Below, one piece after another: positions 23,308 to 34,139 of a stretch of DNA of 42,266 bases; position 1 is the stretch's first letter, and each line of letters opens with the position of its first letter. The notes beneath the pieces were generated by a model that had not been told where the DNA came from, did no database searches, and saw nothing but the letters and a program-made list of their open reading frames with translations. The DNA comes from Octopus bimaculoides (taxonomy: Eukaryota). The translations under genes were made by a program, and so were the position numbers. The DNA lies in the NCBI RefSeq assembly GCF_001194135.2, contig NC_068984.1, forward strand, positions 143,487,223-143,529,488. Direction: 5' to 3'.

Positions 23308-25255
23308 TGTATGTATGTATGTATGTATGTATGTATACATTTCTAATCTCCTTACTCATCTCTTTTACTTATATTTTCATATAAACGTTATAGCCTTTTG
23401 TTATAGTTAATACCTAACTGAACTCACACATCTTTTTTTTTTTTTTGCCTCTTAAGGATAAATAGGAATCTTCTAGATTCTATTCTGCTATTTCCTTTCT
23501 CAAGTCCTTTGTAAAAAAATCTTCTTTACACTTCTTGCACTGAAGAGTACAGTGATATATAATTAATTTAATTAATTTAATTTAATTCAATTCAACAATG
23601 AATTTGCAAGATTTTTATATCTCTCTACGAAACGATCGTATATATTTTATATATACGATCTTATATATTTTAATATCTTCTATATCTTTTGATATATTAT
23701 ATATTTTAACAACTTCTCTTCTCCATTTTTAACAAAATTGTTGAGTTTTATGGGATTTCTTTCCATAAATTCACAATAAATTATATTCAAGTATTATTTT
23801 CATATTTGCAAATTTACACCTATAAACTACCAGCATAATATGAAGAATCAATATTAGAAATCTTTTTTGAAACCTCTAAATTACAGGGCGAATCTACATG
23901 CAACCTTTTTACACCAAGCACATTTGCTTATTCCATCATTACAATCCGGTACGTAGTTGTTGTTGCTGTTGTTGTTGTTGCTGTTGTTGTTGTGTTGATG
24001 TGAGGTACATATCAGAGTTGGAGATTGTGGAAATACTGTTTGCAGAGTTATTATGTAAGAAAGCAGGAAACTGGGAAACTNNNNNNNNNNNNNNNNNNNN
24101 NNNNNNNNNNNNNNNNNNNNNNNNNNNNNNNNNNNNNNNNNNNNNNNNNNNNNNNNNNNNNNNNNNNNNNNNNNNNNNNNNNNNNNNNNNNNNNNNNNNN
24201 NNNNNNNNNNNNNNNNNNNNNNNNNNNNNNNNNNNNNNNNNNNNNNNNNNNNNNNNNNNNNNNNNNNNNNNNNNNNNNNNNNNNNNNNNNNNNNNNNNNN
24301 NNNNNNNNNNNNNNNNNNNNNNNNNNNNNNNNNNNNNNNNNNNNNNNNNNNNNNNNNNNNNNNNNNNNNNNNNNNNNNNNNNNNNNNNNNNNNNNNNNNN
24401 NNNNNNNNNNNNNNNNNNNNNNNNNNNNNNNNNNNNNNNNNNNNATATATATATATATATATACGTATATATCTGCGTATATAAAGAGAGAGAGATACAG
24501 ATATAGCTATAGATATATACATATATATAATTGTGCATGAGCGTACATTGATAGTTATATGTGTGTATACACACTCACACACACATACTTGTACACTGAT
24601 ATAAACACTCATACGGGCAGACAAGGAAGCATAAAAGAAAGTTATACACATAGATTCGCACGTAGGCATGTATACATATATATATATGCGTGTGTGTGTG
24701 TGTATGTGTGTGTGTGTGTATGATTGTGTATAGGTAGAGAGAGAGAGAGAAACAGACAAACAGAAAAGAGAGAGTGTGCATACAAACAGAGAGCATAAAA
24801 CATCGATGGAGAAATATAATAATAATTAATTCATATTTTTGTAATAATTTGCAGTGTAAAGATTAGTTTTTAATAAACATACAATTCAGCCTCATTCTTG
24901 AATATAACAAGATTGTCAAATAAAAACGCTCTGTACTGTAATGGAATTTTTAAAGTTTACACATGGTTGCAGCGCATGTACTGTTATACAAATTTGATAG
25001 ATGGGATCGACTACGTTTGTTTTGTATATTTTTGTTAAATAGTTCTGAAGATATTTTATATGTAGATGTAATTTCTATGATGAAGCTCCAAGAAGACTAA
25101 AAGGCACTGGGATCAATTTCAGATTCTCTGTCATCAGAGAGCTAAACCCTGTGCTTAACCATTATTTTGGCTATTTTTCTCATCATAGTTATACGTTGCT
25201 CTTCATTTCATGGTATGAGTGAGAAACGTATATATATATATATATACATATATAT

Positions 25256-25395
25256 ATGGTTGAAATTTATAGAAAAACAAAAGACGAAGACAAGTGTGTG
25301 AACAAGAAGCAAATGTATTAGTTTGGGAAAAATGAAAATGTCTTTTACTTTTCGAGCCTAGTCTCTTCAACAGAAAGGAATAAAAGGAAATAAAC
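25256..25395 (-). mobile_element. Short non-autonomous repeat (Penelope pLTR-like) carrying a hammerhead-like motif and running into (TA)n
   Basis: Lies between (TA)n and (GA)n tracts; contains CTTT|CTGTTGA|A|GAG-ACTAGG-CTC|GAA|AAGT|A|AAAG at 25342-25377; family assignment is inference. Confidence 0.5.
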
Positions 25396-25498
<103 letters not shown>

Positions 25499-25900
25499 GT
25501 TATCCATCTATCTAGTTACCTCTACGTATCTGTGTGTGAGTGTGTGTGTATGTGTGTGTGGAAACAGGTGAGATTTTTATAGGGGGAAACACATACACAC
25601 ATATGCGTGCCTTCGACCGAGTATCGTGGTCTCTGTGTGTGTATGTAAGTAATCGTGTTTTTTTTAACGACATCTAACACATACCACGTGATACATAGGG
25701 ATGGACGATTTCATAGAGAGATCGAGTGAGATGGAGTGCGACAAAGCGCAGAGAAACACAGATATTTACTGTCTAACTAGGAATATCTGTGGATTTGGAA
25801 AGAAGTCAATAGAATAGGCTAAAATTTTATTACATTATTGAAGCTATTGGATGTTGTTGTTGTTTAACCCCTGGTCTGTCCTAAGGAAAATGGCCTTCCT

Positions 25901-25936
25901 GGGTAATATTTCGGCCATGCCTACCTCGTCCAACTC
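25901..25936 (-). ncRNA. Degenerate minimal hammerhead-like motif
   Basis: Minus strand GAGT|TGGACGA|GGT-AGGCATG-GCC|GAA|ATAT|T|ACCC: 5/7 core, G-C-closed stem II, palindrome ATAT, stem I 3 of 4 pairs. Confidence 0.35.
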
Positions 25937-25959
25937 CCCATTGATATATGCTGCATTTA

Positions 25960-26120
25960 AGGCGGTGAGCTGACAGAATCGTTACCATACCTGGCAACAT
26001 AATTTCCATCGTTTCGTTCTTCGTTAGGTTCTGAGGTCAAATGCCGCCGGCATCCATTTTGCCTTTTAGCATTTTGGGTTTAATAAAACCTGGCCACCTC
26101 CCACGAAATTGATGGCCTTC
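25960..26120 (+). mobile_element. Decayed SINE family 'A' copy with core deletion
   Basis: AAGGCGGTGAGCTGACAGAATCGTTA...GGTTCTGAGGTCAAATGCCGCCG...TTTGCCTTT...TGGCCACCTCCCACGAAATT. Confidence 0.75.
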
Positions 26121-26259
26121 AGTCAGAATTTAATAACCAATATATGTTACATTTCGTATGTAATATTGTATTGCATAAACAAGTGTATATGAATCTTTCT
26201 TTTTTCTTTTTCAAGATGGCAGCCTGTTTCGTTTTAGGTAGATTTGACTAATTCATCGC

Positions 26260-27260
26260 CATCACCGCTGTCGTCGTATTCGTCGCTGACGTCGGTAACA
26301 CTACTGTCATCATCATCATCATCATTAGTATCATCATTATCATCATCATCATCATCATCATCATCATCGTCATCATCATCATCATCATTAGTATCAGAAT
26401 CGCCGCCATTTTAATCATCAATATGAATCACCGCAAACGCCGTTACCCCACCACCAACAACCCCAGCACAACCACTGCCTTCTACATCATCATCATCATC
26501 ATCATTATTATTATTATCATCATCATCATGACAACCACCACCAACACCAACACCACCACTAACACCACCACCACCACCACCACAACCATGATCATCATCA
26601 TCATCATCATCACAGTCACCATCATTGCCATGAGAATCATAATTATGCTTTTCATGAATATCAATAATAAAAACAATAAACAAAACATTAAAGAAGTTGT
26701 AACAACAACAACAACAACAGCATCAACAACAACAACAACAACACAAATGAAAATGAAATCACAACAACAACAACACCAGCATCAACAACAACAACAACAA
26801 CACAAATGAAAATGAAATCACAACAACAACAACACATATAACACCAAAAGAACAACACATTAATTAGAACAACGATGAGAGCAATGACGAGCGCTGCAGC
26901 AACAACAACAACAACAACAACAACAACAGCCACATCACGAAATAAAGCAGATCATTATCGTCGCCGCCATCGTTGTCCCCGACGTCATCATCATCGTTAT
27001 CAACATCATCATCATCATCATCACAATCATCATTATCATCATTGTCATAGTCATCGTCATCATTATCATCACAATCATTAGCTTCATCATCATCATTATC
27101 ATCATCACCATAATTATCGGCATCACCATCCCAGCATTATCACCAACCTCATCATCATTGTCCTTTTCCTCCTCCTCCTCCTCCTCCTCCTCCTTATCAT
27201 CATCATCATCATTATCACTATCATCATTATCTTCCTTATCACTATTGTTATTGTTGTTGA

Positions 27261-27296
<36 letters not shown>

Positions 27297-27340
27297 TATT
27301 ATTATTATTATTATTATTATCATTAATATTACTTTATTAC

Positions 27341-27400
<60 letters not shown>

Positions 27401-27611
27401 CATCATCATCATCATCACAATCACCATCATTATCATCAACTTCGTCGCCATCGTGATCATCATCACCATCATCATCATGGCTATCGCCATCGTCATCATC
27501 GTCGTCATCATCGTCGTCATCATCACCATCGTTATCGGCATCACCATCCCAACATTATCACCAACTTCATCATTGTCCTCCTCCTCCTCATAATCATCAT
27601 TATCGCTATTG

Positions 27612-27642
<31 letters not shown>

Positions 27643-27750
27643 GATCATCATCACCATCCCCATCATCATCATCGCTTTTCCTGTCGTGACCACCACCATC
27701 ATCGTCACCATCTTCACATCGTCATTATTATCACAACAGCAGCAACATCA
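26260..27750. repeat. ~1.5-kb compound triplet array (CAT, CAC, CAA, TAT, TCC, CGT) with higher-order duplications
   Basis: Direct reading; 59-bp tandem at 26718-26835; ~60-bp block repeated at ~27114 and ~27532. Confidence 0.95.
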
Positions 27751-27945
27751 GGCATAAAGCTATCAGACACAAATCCAACAAACACTGCACAAACATCAAA
27801 GAGTGTGAGAGAGAAAGTTGAAAAATTACAAAGACTTTAGAGAATATTAAAAAAGAAATTATAAAGATTACAGAAACACGGCGGCATTGTGCGTCTGAGG
27901 ATAGGTCACGTGTGTATTGTCGTCACTGCGAGGCGATAGTGACAT

Positions 27946-27959
27946 GTCGCTATAGCAAC
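27946..27959. promoter_or_regulatory. RFX X-box consensus match in a small CpG-rich patch
   Basis: GTCGCT-AT-AGCAAC fits RTHNYY-WT-RRNRAC; CACGTG E-box at ~27907-27912; no associated gene visible. Confidence 0.25.
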
Positions 27960-28026
27960 CGCGGTGTGTGTGTATTTAACGCGCTTTATACATATGTAGA
28001 CATACATACAATCATATGCACACACA

Positions 28027-28061
<35 letters not shown>

Positions 28062-28068
28062 ATATATA

Positions 28069-28341
28069 TGTGGTCTGATCAATAAGTATCCGAATTGTTG
28101 CCATAGTAACGAAGCTAAAGCACAGAGAGTGAAGCCGCTTGGCTCAGATTAACCTTCAACTCTATTGTGCATGTGCACTAAGTTTTAACGTTCTGCGTCC
28201 CTTCCTTTCTTTACAGCAGTACTTGGAAGGAACGTGTATAGCGTGTGATCGTCGCATCGACCACGACAGAGAAAGTTGAACAGAGAATCTGCATCAAATT
28301 TTACTAAAAGCTTGGCGATTCCTGCTCAGAAACCTCCGCAA
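28069..28341 (+). mobile_element. Mariner 5' end: TIR plus transposase N-terminus
   Basis: TA|TGTGGTCTGATCAATAAGTATCCG TIR-like start; TEKVEQRICIKFY*KLGDSCSETSA (cf. mariner EQRICIKFCVKLG.S..ET). Confidence 0.8.
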
Positions 28342-28357
28342 TTTTTTTTTTTTTTTT

Positions 28358-28753
28358 AATTTTTCATCGTTCTCGACACAATCATGATCTTGTGCAACTG
28401 AAACACGGGTTTTGTTTTGATCAGCTGAAAGAAGTTTGTGCACAAACTCGGCAGACACGCGTCTCATACCCAAATCTTCAGTGATAATGGACTGAACTGA
28501 ACCGCAACTAATCTGCATATCCTCTGATAACTCACGGATGGTGATTCGACGATTTCCCCTCACAGCTGCACGCACATCTGTGACATTTTTCTCAATTCTG
28601 CTGGTTGCGGGTCTCCCAGAACCTTCGTCAATATCGACATATTTTCGGCCATCTTGGAAAAGTCTGGACCACCTGTATACATGTGTGCGACTCATACATT
28701 CCTGTCCATACACTTTCTGCAACTTTGCGCAGGCTTCTGGACATGTATCACCA
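28358..28753 (-). mobile_element. Mariner transposase fragment (HTH DNA-binding region to just before the first catalytic D), inverted relative to its neighbours
   Basis: GDTCPEACAKLQKVYGQECMSRTHVYRWSRLFQDG...GSGRPATSR...NRRITIRELSEDMQISCGSVQSIITEDLGMRRVSAEFVHKLLSADQ...VENDEK; ends in an A-run before the TGDE motif. Confidence 0.9.
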
Positions 28754-28875
28754 TGACAACTTATAGAAAATGAAGGGGAGTATATTTTAGATTTAAAAAA
28801 AGAACTTTATTTATCTTAACTTTGAAAAATAAAAGAAGTATAAAAAAAACGCATTATTTATGGGATGATCCAATA
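28754..28875 (+). mobile_element. 3' end of a different mariner family: transposase C-terminus and 3' TIR
   Basis: QLIENEGEYILD (cf. W..C/LI...GEYF/I); TIR reverse complement TA|TTGGATCATCCCATAAATAATGCGTTTTT does not match the TIR at 28069. Confidence 0.65.
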
Positions 28876-28914
28876 TGTGTGTATGTGGGCACACGTGTGT
28901 GTCTGTGTGTGTGT

Positions 28915-29102
28915 CCATTACCTCTTTACAACTAGTGGCGGTGTGTTTACGTCTCCGTAAACTAGCGGTTCGGCAAAAGAGGCCGGTAGAATAGGTACTA
29001 AGCTTTAAAAAAAATAAATCCAGGGGCCAATTTGTTCCTCTACACTTCTTCAAGTTGGTGTTCTGTGATTGTCCGTAATCAAATCCCAGAAACGTGTAAA
29101 AG
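28915..29102 (+). mobile_element. SINE family 'B' 3' body
   Basis: CCGTAAACTAGCGGTTCGGCAAAAGAGGCCGGTAGAATAGGTACTAAGCTTT...CCAGGGGCCAATTTGTTC...GAAACGTGTAAAAGAAT; related tail at 12593-12648. Confidence 0.6.
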
Positions 29103-29184
29103 AATATATATATTTGTTTGTTTTTTTATGTCAGGTTATAATATAAAAAGCTTTACATTAAACTGAAGGATTACCCAACACTTT

Positions 29185-29510
29185 TGAAGGGTACATATGA
29201 ATTATTTTTGTGAATTTTCGGCCAGGTGAGCCACCTTCGAAAATATAGTACATTTGACTTTATCTCAGCTTTCTATAGTCTCTGGGGCTCCGTAGAATGA
29301 TAATTGGGTTTCAAGGTAGACTGTGATGGAAAGTTATAACGGAAGAATTCCATCGATTAAATTTACTAGTCTATTTTCTTCAGAATTCGGTCATGCATGA
29401 AGAATTTTGTAATCAGTTGTGTCTATTTAGGTGTATCAGCTTCAGGTTAAGAGGTTGATTTTATTTTACGAAGGAATGTATTTGGTTGAAAACGTTGGTT
29501 TTGTCTCCAG
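29185..29510 (-). pseudogene. Possible very old Penelope-like RT N-terminal relic
   Basis: GDKTNVF near 29508 and exact PKIHK (29221-29207) followed by ..YVPF; spacing roughly fits ADK..GLPKIHK; otherwise heavily degraded. Confidence 0.3.
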
Positions 29511-29575
29511 CAGTATCAGTTGTTGATTCTGTTTAGACACTAATGGGATACTTAAGCTTTTGGTTTGGTAATATG

Positions 29576-29909
29576 AAGGCGTCGAGCTGGCAGAAACGTT
29601 AGCACACCGCTACGTTCTGAGTTCAAATTCCGCTGAGGTCGACTATGCCTTTCATCCTTTCGGGGTCGATAAATTAAGTACCAGTTACGCACTGGCGTCG
29701 ATGTAATCGACTTAATCCCTTTATCTGTCCTTGTTTGTCCCCCTCTATGTTTAGCCCCCTGTGGGCAATGAAGAAATAAGAAACGTTAGCACGCCGGGTG
29801 AAATGCTTAGCGGTATTTCGTCTGTCTTCATGTTCTGAGTTCAAATTCCGGCGAAGTCGATTTTACATTTTATTCTTTCGGGGTCGATAAATTAAGTACC
29901 AGTTACGCA
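29576..29909 (+). mobile_element. Two head-to-tail SINE family 'A' copies (29576-29780; 29781-29909, cut by gap)
   Basis: Both carry GTTCTGAGTTCAAATTCCG..GA(G/A)GTCGA and GGGGTCGATAAATTAAGTACCAGTTACGCA; first copy lacks ~28 nt of the head; second lacks the first ~15 nt. Confidence 0.9.
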
Positions 29910-30333
29910 NNNNNNNNNNNNNNNNNNNNNNNNNNNNNNNNNNNNNNNNNNNNNNNNNNNNNNNNNNNNNNNNNNNNNNNNNNNNNNNNNNNNNNNNNNN
30001 NNNNNNNNNNNNNNNNNNNNNNNNNNNNNNNNNNNNNNNNNNNNNNNNNNNNNNNNNNNNNNNNNNNNNNNNNNNNNNNNNNNNNNNNNNNNNNNNNNNN
30101 NNNNNNNNNNNNNNNNNNNNNNNNNNNNNNNNNNNNNNNNNNNNNNNNNNNNNNNNNNNNNNNNNNNNNNNNNNNNNNNNNNNNNNNNNNNNNNNNNNNN
30201 NNNNNNNNNNNNNNNNNNNNNNNNNNNNNNNNNNNNNNNNNNNNNNNNNNNNNNNNNNNNNNNNNNNNNNNNNNNNNNNNNNNNNNNNNNNNNNNNNNNN
30301 NNNNNNNNNNNNNNNNNNNNNNNNNNNNNNNNN

Positions 30334-30379
<46 letters not shown>

Positions 30380-31462
30380 TTGAACGATGATGACGATGAT
30401 GCGAGTGAATATACAGATGTAGGAGAAAATCAGGACAGATGATGATAATGGTGTTTGCGACGCTGATTGCGATGCTGCTGATGTTCATTCAATTATAATG
30501 ACAATAGAATTTGATGTTGCTTGCGCAGATTTATACAGTATGTGCATGTTATGTGCATGCTATGTGCATGATGTGTGTGTATGCGCTTGTATTCGTGTGT
30601 GTGCACTAAGGATTTCATTTACTCGATTTCTAAATGCTATTTAGGTCTGCGCGGTTTTTAAATTGTCGATGACAAAATGGGTTTTGTGTCTGTGCAGACG
30701 AAACATGAAAGAGTGATGCGTTGTTAATGGAGATAGCAACACACTATGACAATCATTTTCTCGAGGCCTTCTTCCTTTAAGAAGCAATGCTCTATATTTC
30801 AGCAAATGGATATTGGCATTCTTCGCCAATGTTTGTTTTTTACATTTTAACTATTAATGATACTAAACAAATTTATCATGCAGCAGCAGCTCACCTGAAA
30901 ATTGTTGCCTTTTTTGCTGACATTGTCGACATTGATGTTGCTGTTTTGTTGTTGTTTTATTGAAGTTGTTGCTATAATTTTTGTTGTTATCTTTTTTTTT
31001 GTGTTAATTTGTAGAAATTATAACCGTTAGGATGTCTTTTAAATAGTTAGAAAAAATGTTCTGTAAAAGCTTTATACGCCGCTGTGAATGGTGGGTTATA
31101 CCATAGGATATTCCTTTCTAGAAAAGCTAAAGGACGGTTCTAGATGGATCTATGGATTTTATGCAAATATTTGGTATGAGCCGAGAGTGGCTAGCTTCTG
31201 TTGTTAGCTGTCCTAATAGAGGTCGATTCACATTATATGGAGTTGTATATATATGTTCATTTGTCCTTTTTATTAATTGCTTACCGTCCTCCAACACTTA
31301 AACCTCTACATTCCGTTTCATAACTTGCGAGTGATGTTGATGATTATCTCATCGTTTTAGCTGTTGTTCACCTATCAATATTTTTTCTCTACGTCACCTC
31401 TTCTATTCTTGCTATTAATACATTTATAATTGCTTCCCACTCTCTCTCTCTCTCTATCTCTC

Positions 31463-31498
<36 letters not shown>

Positions 31499-31559
31499 CA
31501 CTTCTAATCCAGTTATTGATGTTTACGAGCAAACAATTTTCGTTATCCAGAGTCATTAA

Positions 31560-31745
31560 GTTCGAAAATCTGAGGATGTTGGTTCCTTCATCAGGCGATG
31601 CCTTGTATTCTTGAGCAAAAGTCTTCATTTCAGGTTGCTCAAATCCACTCAGCTAGTCAAAAATGAGTAAACTGGCGACGGACTGTCGTCACGTCCAGGG
31701 AAGAATATATACGCCAGAAAAACCGGGAAACCGGTCCTATACTCC
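31560..31745 (+). mobile_element. tRNA-derived SINE with V-domain-like core
   Basis: TCTTGAGCAAAAGTCTTCATTTCAGGTTGCTC..TCCACTCAGCT..AAAAATGAGTA then CTGGCGACGGACTGTCGTCACGTCCAGGG...ATACGCCAGAAAAACCGGGAAACCGG; collinear with 11975-12200 (-). Confidence 0.75.
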
Positions 31746-32099
31746 TCATGGAGTAATGTGGACTGACCACCGGTAAACAGTACATCCCTCCCAGATGAAG
31801 TGTCCCACACGAAACTTTAGATTTCACCTTATATTCATAAACTTATCCCGTTAGCAAAGATTTTATTCTATTTAAGATGCAACCTTATCTCCACAAGTGT
31901 GCAACTCACTTTCATTCCAGACAGTTCAATAGACAAATACTCAATATTTGATGCAACAAATCAATAGGTGAGAAATTAGAATACACAAAATATAGAAACA
32001 AACAAATTAATAATTCACTTATTCCTTTAATTAAACATCATTACGGATTTCTCCGTCTTTCATTTCTCAAAATTATTTTCTGCCCCACTTTTCGTTCCT

Positions 32100-32208
32100 C
32101 ATTCCAACCACTGCATGGCACCTTGGGCAAGTGTCTTATACTATAGCCACGGGCCGACCAAAGCCTTGTGAGTGGATTTGGTAGACGGAAACTGAAAAGA
32201 GCCCGTCA
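32100..32208 (+). mobile_element. SINE family 'C' body ending in (TA)n
   Basis: TGGCACCTTGGGCAAGTGTCTT..ACTATAGCC.CGGGCCGACCAAAGCCTTGTGAGTGGATTTGGTAGACGGAAACTG; homologous to 36554-36663 (-). Confidence 0.85.
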
Positions 32209-33161
32209 TATATATATATATATATATANNNNNNNNNNNNNNNNNNNNNNNNNNNNNNNNNNNNNNNNNNNNNNNNNNNNNNNNNNNNNNNNNNNNNNNN
32301 NNNNNNNNNNNNNNNNNNNNNNNNNNNNNNNNNNNNNNNNNNNNNNNNNNNNNNNNNNNNNNNNNNNNNNNNNNNNNNNNNNNNNNNNNNNNNNNNNNNN
32401 NNNNNNNNNNNNNNNNNNNNNNNNNNNNNNNNNNNNNNNNNNNNNNNNNNNNNNNNNNNNNNNNNNNNNNNNNNNNNNNNNNNNNNNNNNNNNNNNNNNN
32501 NNNNNNNNNNNNNNNNNNNNNNNNNNNNNNNNNNNNNNNNNNNNNNNNNNNNNNNNNNNNNNNNNNNNNNNNNNNNNNNNNNNNNNNNNNNNNNNNNNNN
32601 NNNNNNNNNNNNNNNNNNNNNNNNNNNNNNNNNNNNNNNNNNNNNNNNNNNNNNNNNNNNNNNNNNNNNNNNNNNNNNNNNNNNNNNNNNNNNNNNNNNN
32701 NNNNNNNNNNNNNNNNNNNNNNNNNNNNNNNNNNNNNNNNNNNNNNNNNNNNNNNNNNNNNNNNNNNNNNNNNNNNNNNNNNNNNNNNNNNNNNNNNNNN
32801 NNNNNNNNNNNNNNNNNNNNNNNNNNNNNNNNNNNNNNNNNNNNNNNNNNNNNNNNNNNNNNNNNNNNNNNNNNNNNNNNNNNNNNNNNNNNNNNNNNNN
32901 NNNNNNNNNNNNNNNNNNNNNNNNNNNNNNNNNNNNNNNNNNNNNNNNNNNNNNNNNNNNNNNNNNNNNNNNNNNNNNNNNNNNNNNNNNNNNNNNNNNN
33001 NNNNNNNNNNNNNNNNNNNNNNNNNNNNNNNNNNNNNNNNNNNNNNNNNNNNNNNNNNNNNNNNNNNNNNNNNNNNNNNNNNNNNNNNNNNNNNNNNNNN
33101 NNNNNNNNNNNNNNNNNNNNNNNNNNNNNNNNNNNNNNNNNNNNNNNNNNNNNNNNNNNNN

Positions 33162-33197
<36 letters not shown>

Positions 33198-33429
33198 TGT
33201 ATGCATGTATGTATGTATGTATGTATATCTATTGAATATGTATATATATATGTATAATTGTGTATATATTTATGTATATAATGCACAATATATAAATTGA
33301 TATATTATATAAAAATATATATTATAAATACACATATACAGATGAAGAGAAACGTTTACCTATACATATGTAAACACATATAGAAGTTTATGCATGCCTC
33401 CATACCTATCTATCTATCGGTCAAATATA

Positions 33430-33472
<43 letters not shown>

Positions 33473-33550
33473 TTTTACATACATATATGTGTCTGCATGC
33501 GCGCACATACATACGCGCGCCTATATGTATATAAATGTATGTATGTAGGT
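33162..33550. repeat. Compound (TA)/(TATG)/(CA)n microsatellite
   Basis: Direct reading. Confidence 0.9.
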
Positions 33551-34100
33551 ATTAGGAAATTCTGAGAACTACAATTTAAGGTATTCAATACAAAGAAATG
33601 TGTTTTTTATTTGTTAAAATAATGAGTTTCCTTCTTTTTTTTACAATTCATTGAATTCTAAAGAGAAGAGAACACGACTGCATTATCAGAGCCATTATTT
33701 TGTATGTGAATGCGCTTGTCTCTCACTTAGTGTATTAAGTTGTGTTCGTATGTATATATATTTATGTACCTACATTCATCTCTACCTACATACTTATATA
33801 TGTGTGTATGTGTGTCTATTTACCTAATTTGCCTATTTGCCTGTTTGTATAACAGTATTTTTCAAGTATTTTTCTTAATATTTAAATACATTTGTAGACA
33901 CGATGTTTTCTTTGAAAAAGCAGACCCAAGGAAGAGACACCATAAAGCCCGCATTGTCCAAGCATCTTCTCTAACAAAGGTTTATTGAAAATTATAATGA
34001 TTTGCTTCCTGCTGCTTTCTACCTATTGTGGATACTGTCATCTTGTGAATTCTTCTGGCACTAATTAAGGATGTCTACTTTTCTCTCTCTCTCTTTCTCT

Positions 34101-34139
<39 letters not shown>

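Noticed and set aside
29207-29240. Hammerhead-like GGC..GCC-GAA-AATT-C on the minus strand
   Set aside because: Core only 4/7, stem I poor, and the same bases encode PKIHK of a probable Penelope RT relic
30645-30706. 8-bp stem GTCTGCGC/GTGCAGAC followed by GAAAC, with internal mini-hairpins
   Set aside because: No CUGANGA-like core adjacent to the stem and no stem I; may be chance
33898-33979. Possible 82-nt internal exon (TTTGTAG|...AAG|GTTTAT) reading HDVFFEKADPRKRHHKARIVQASSLTK
   Set aside because: Weak donor and acceptor, no recognisable protein similarity, no partner exons found
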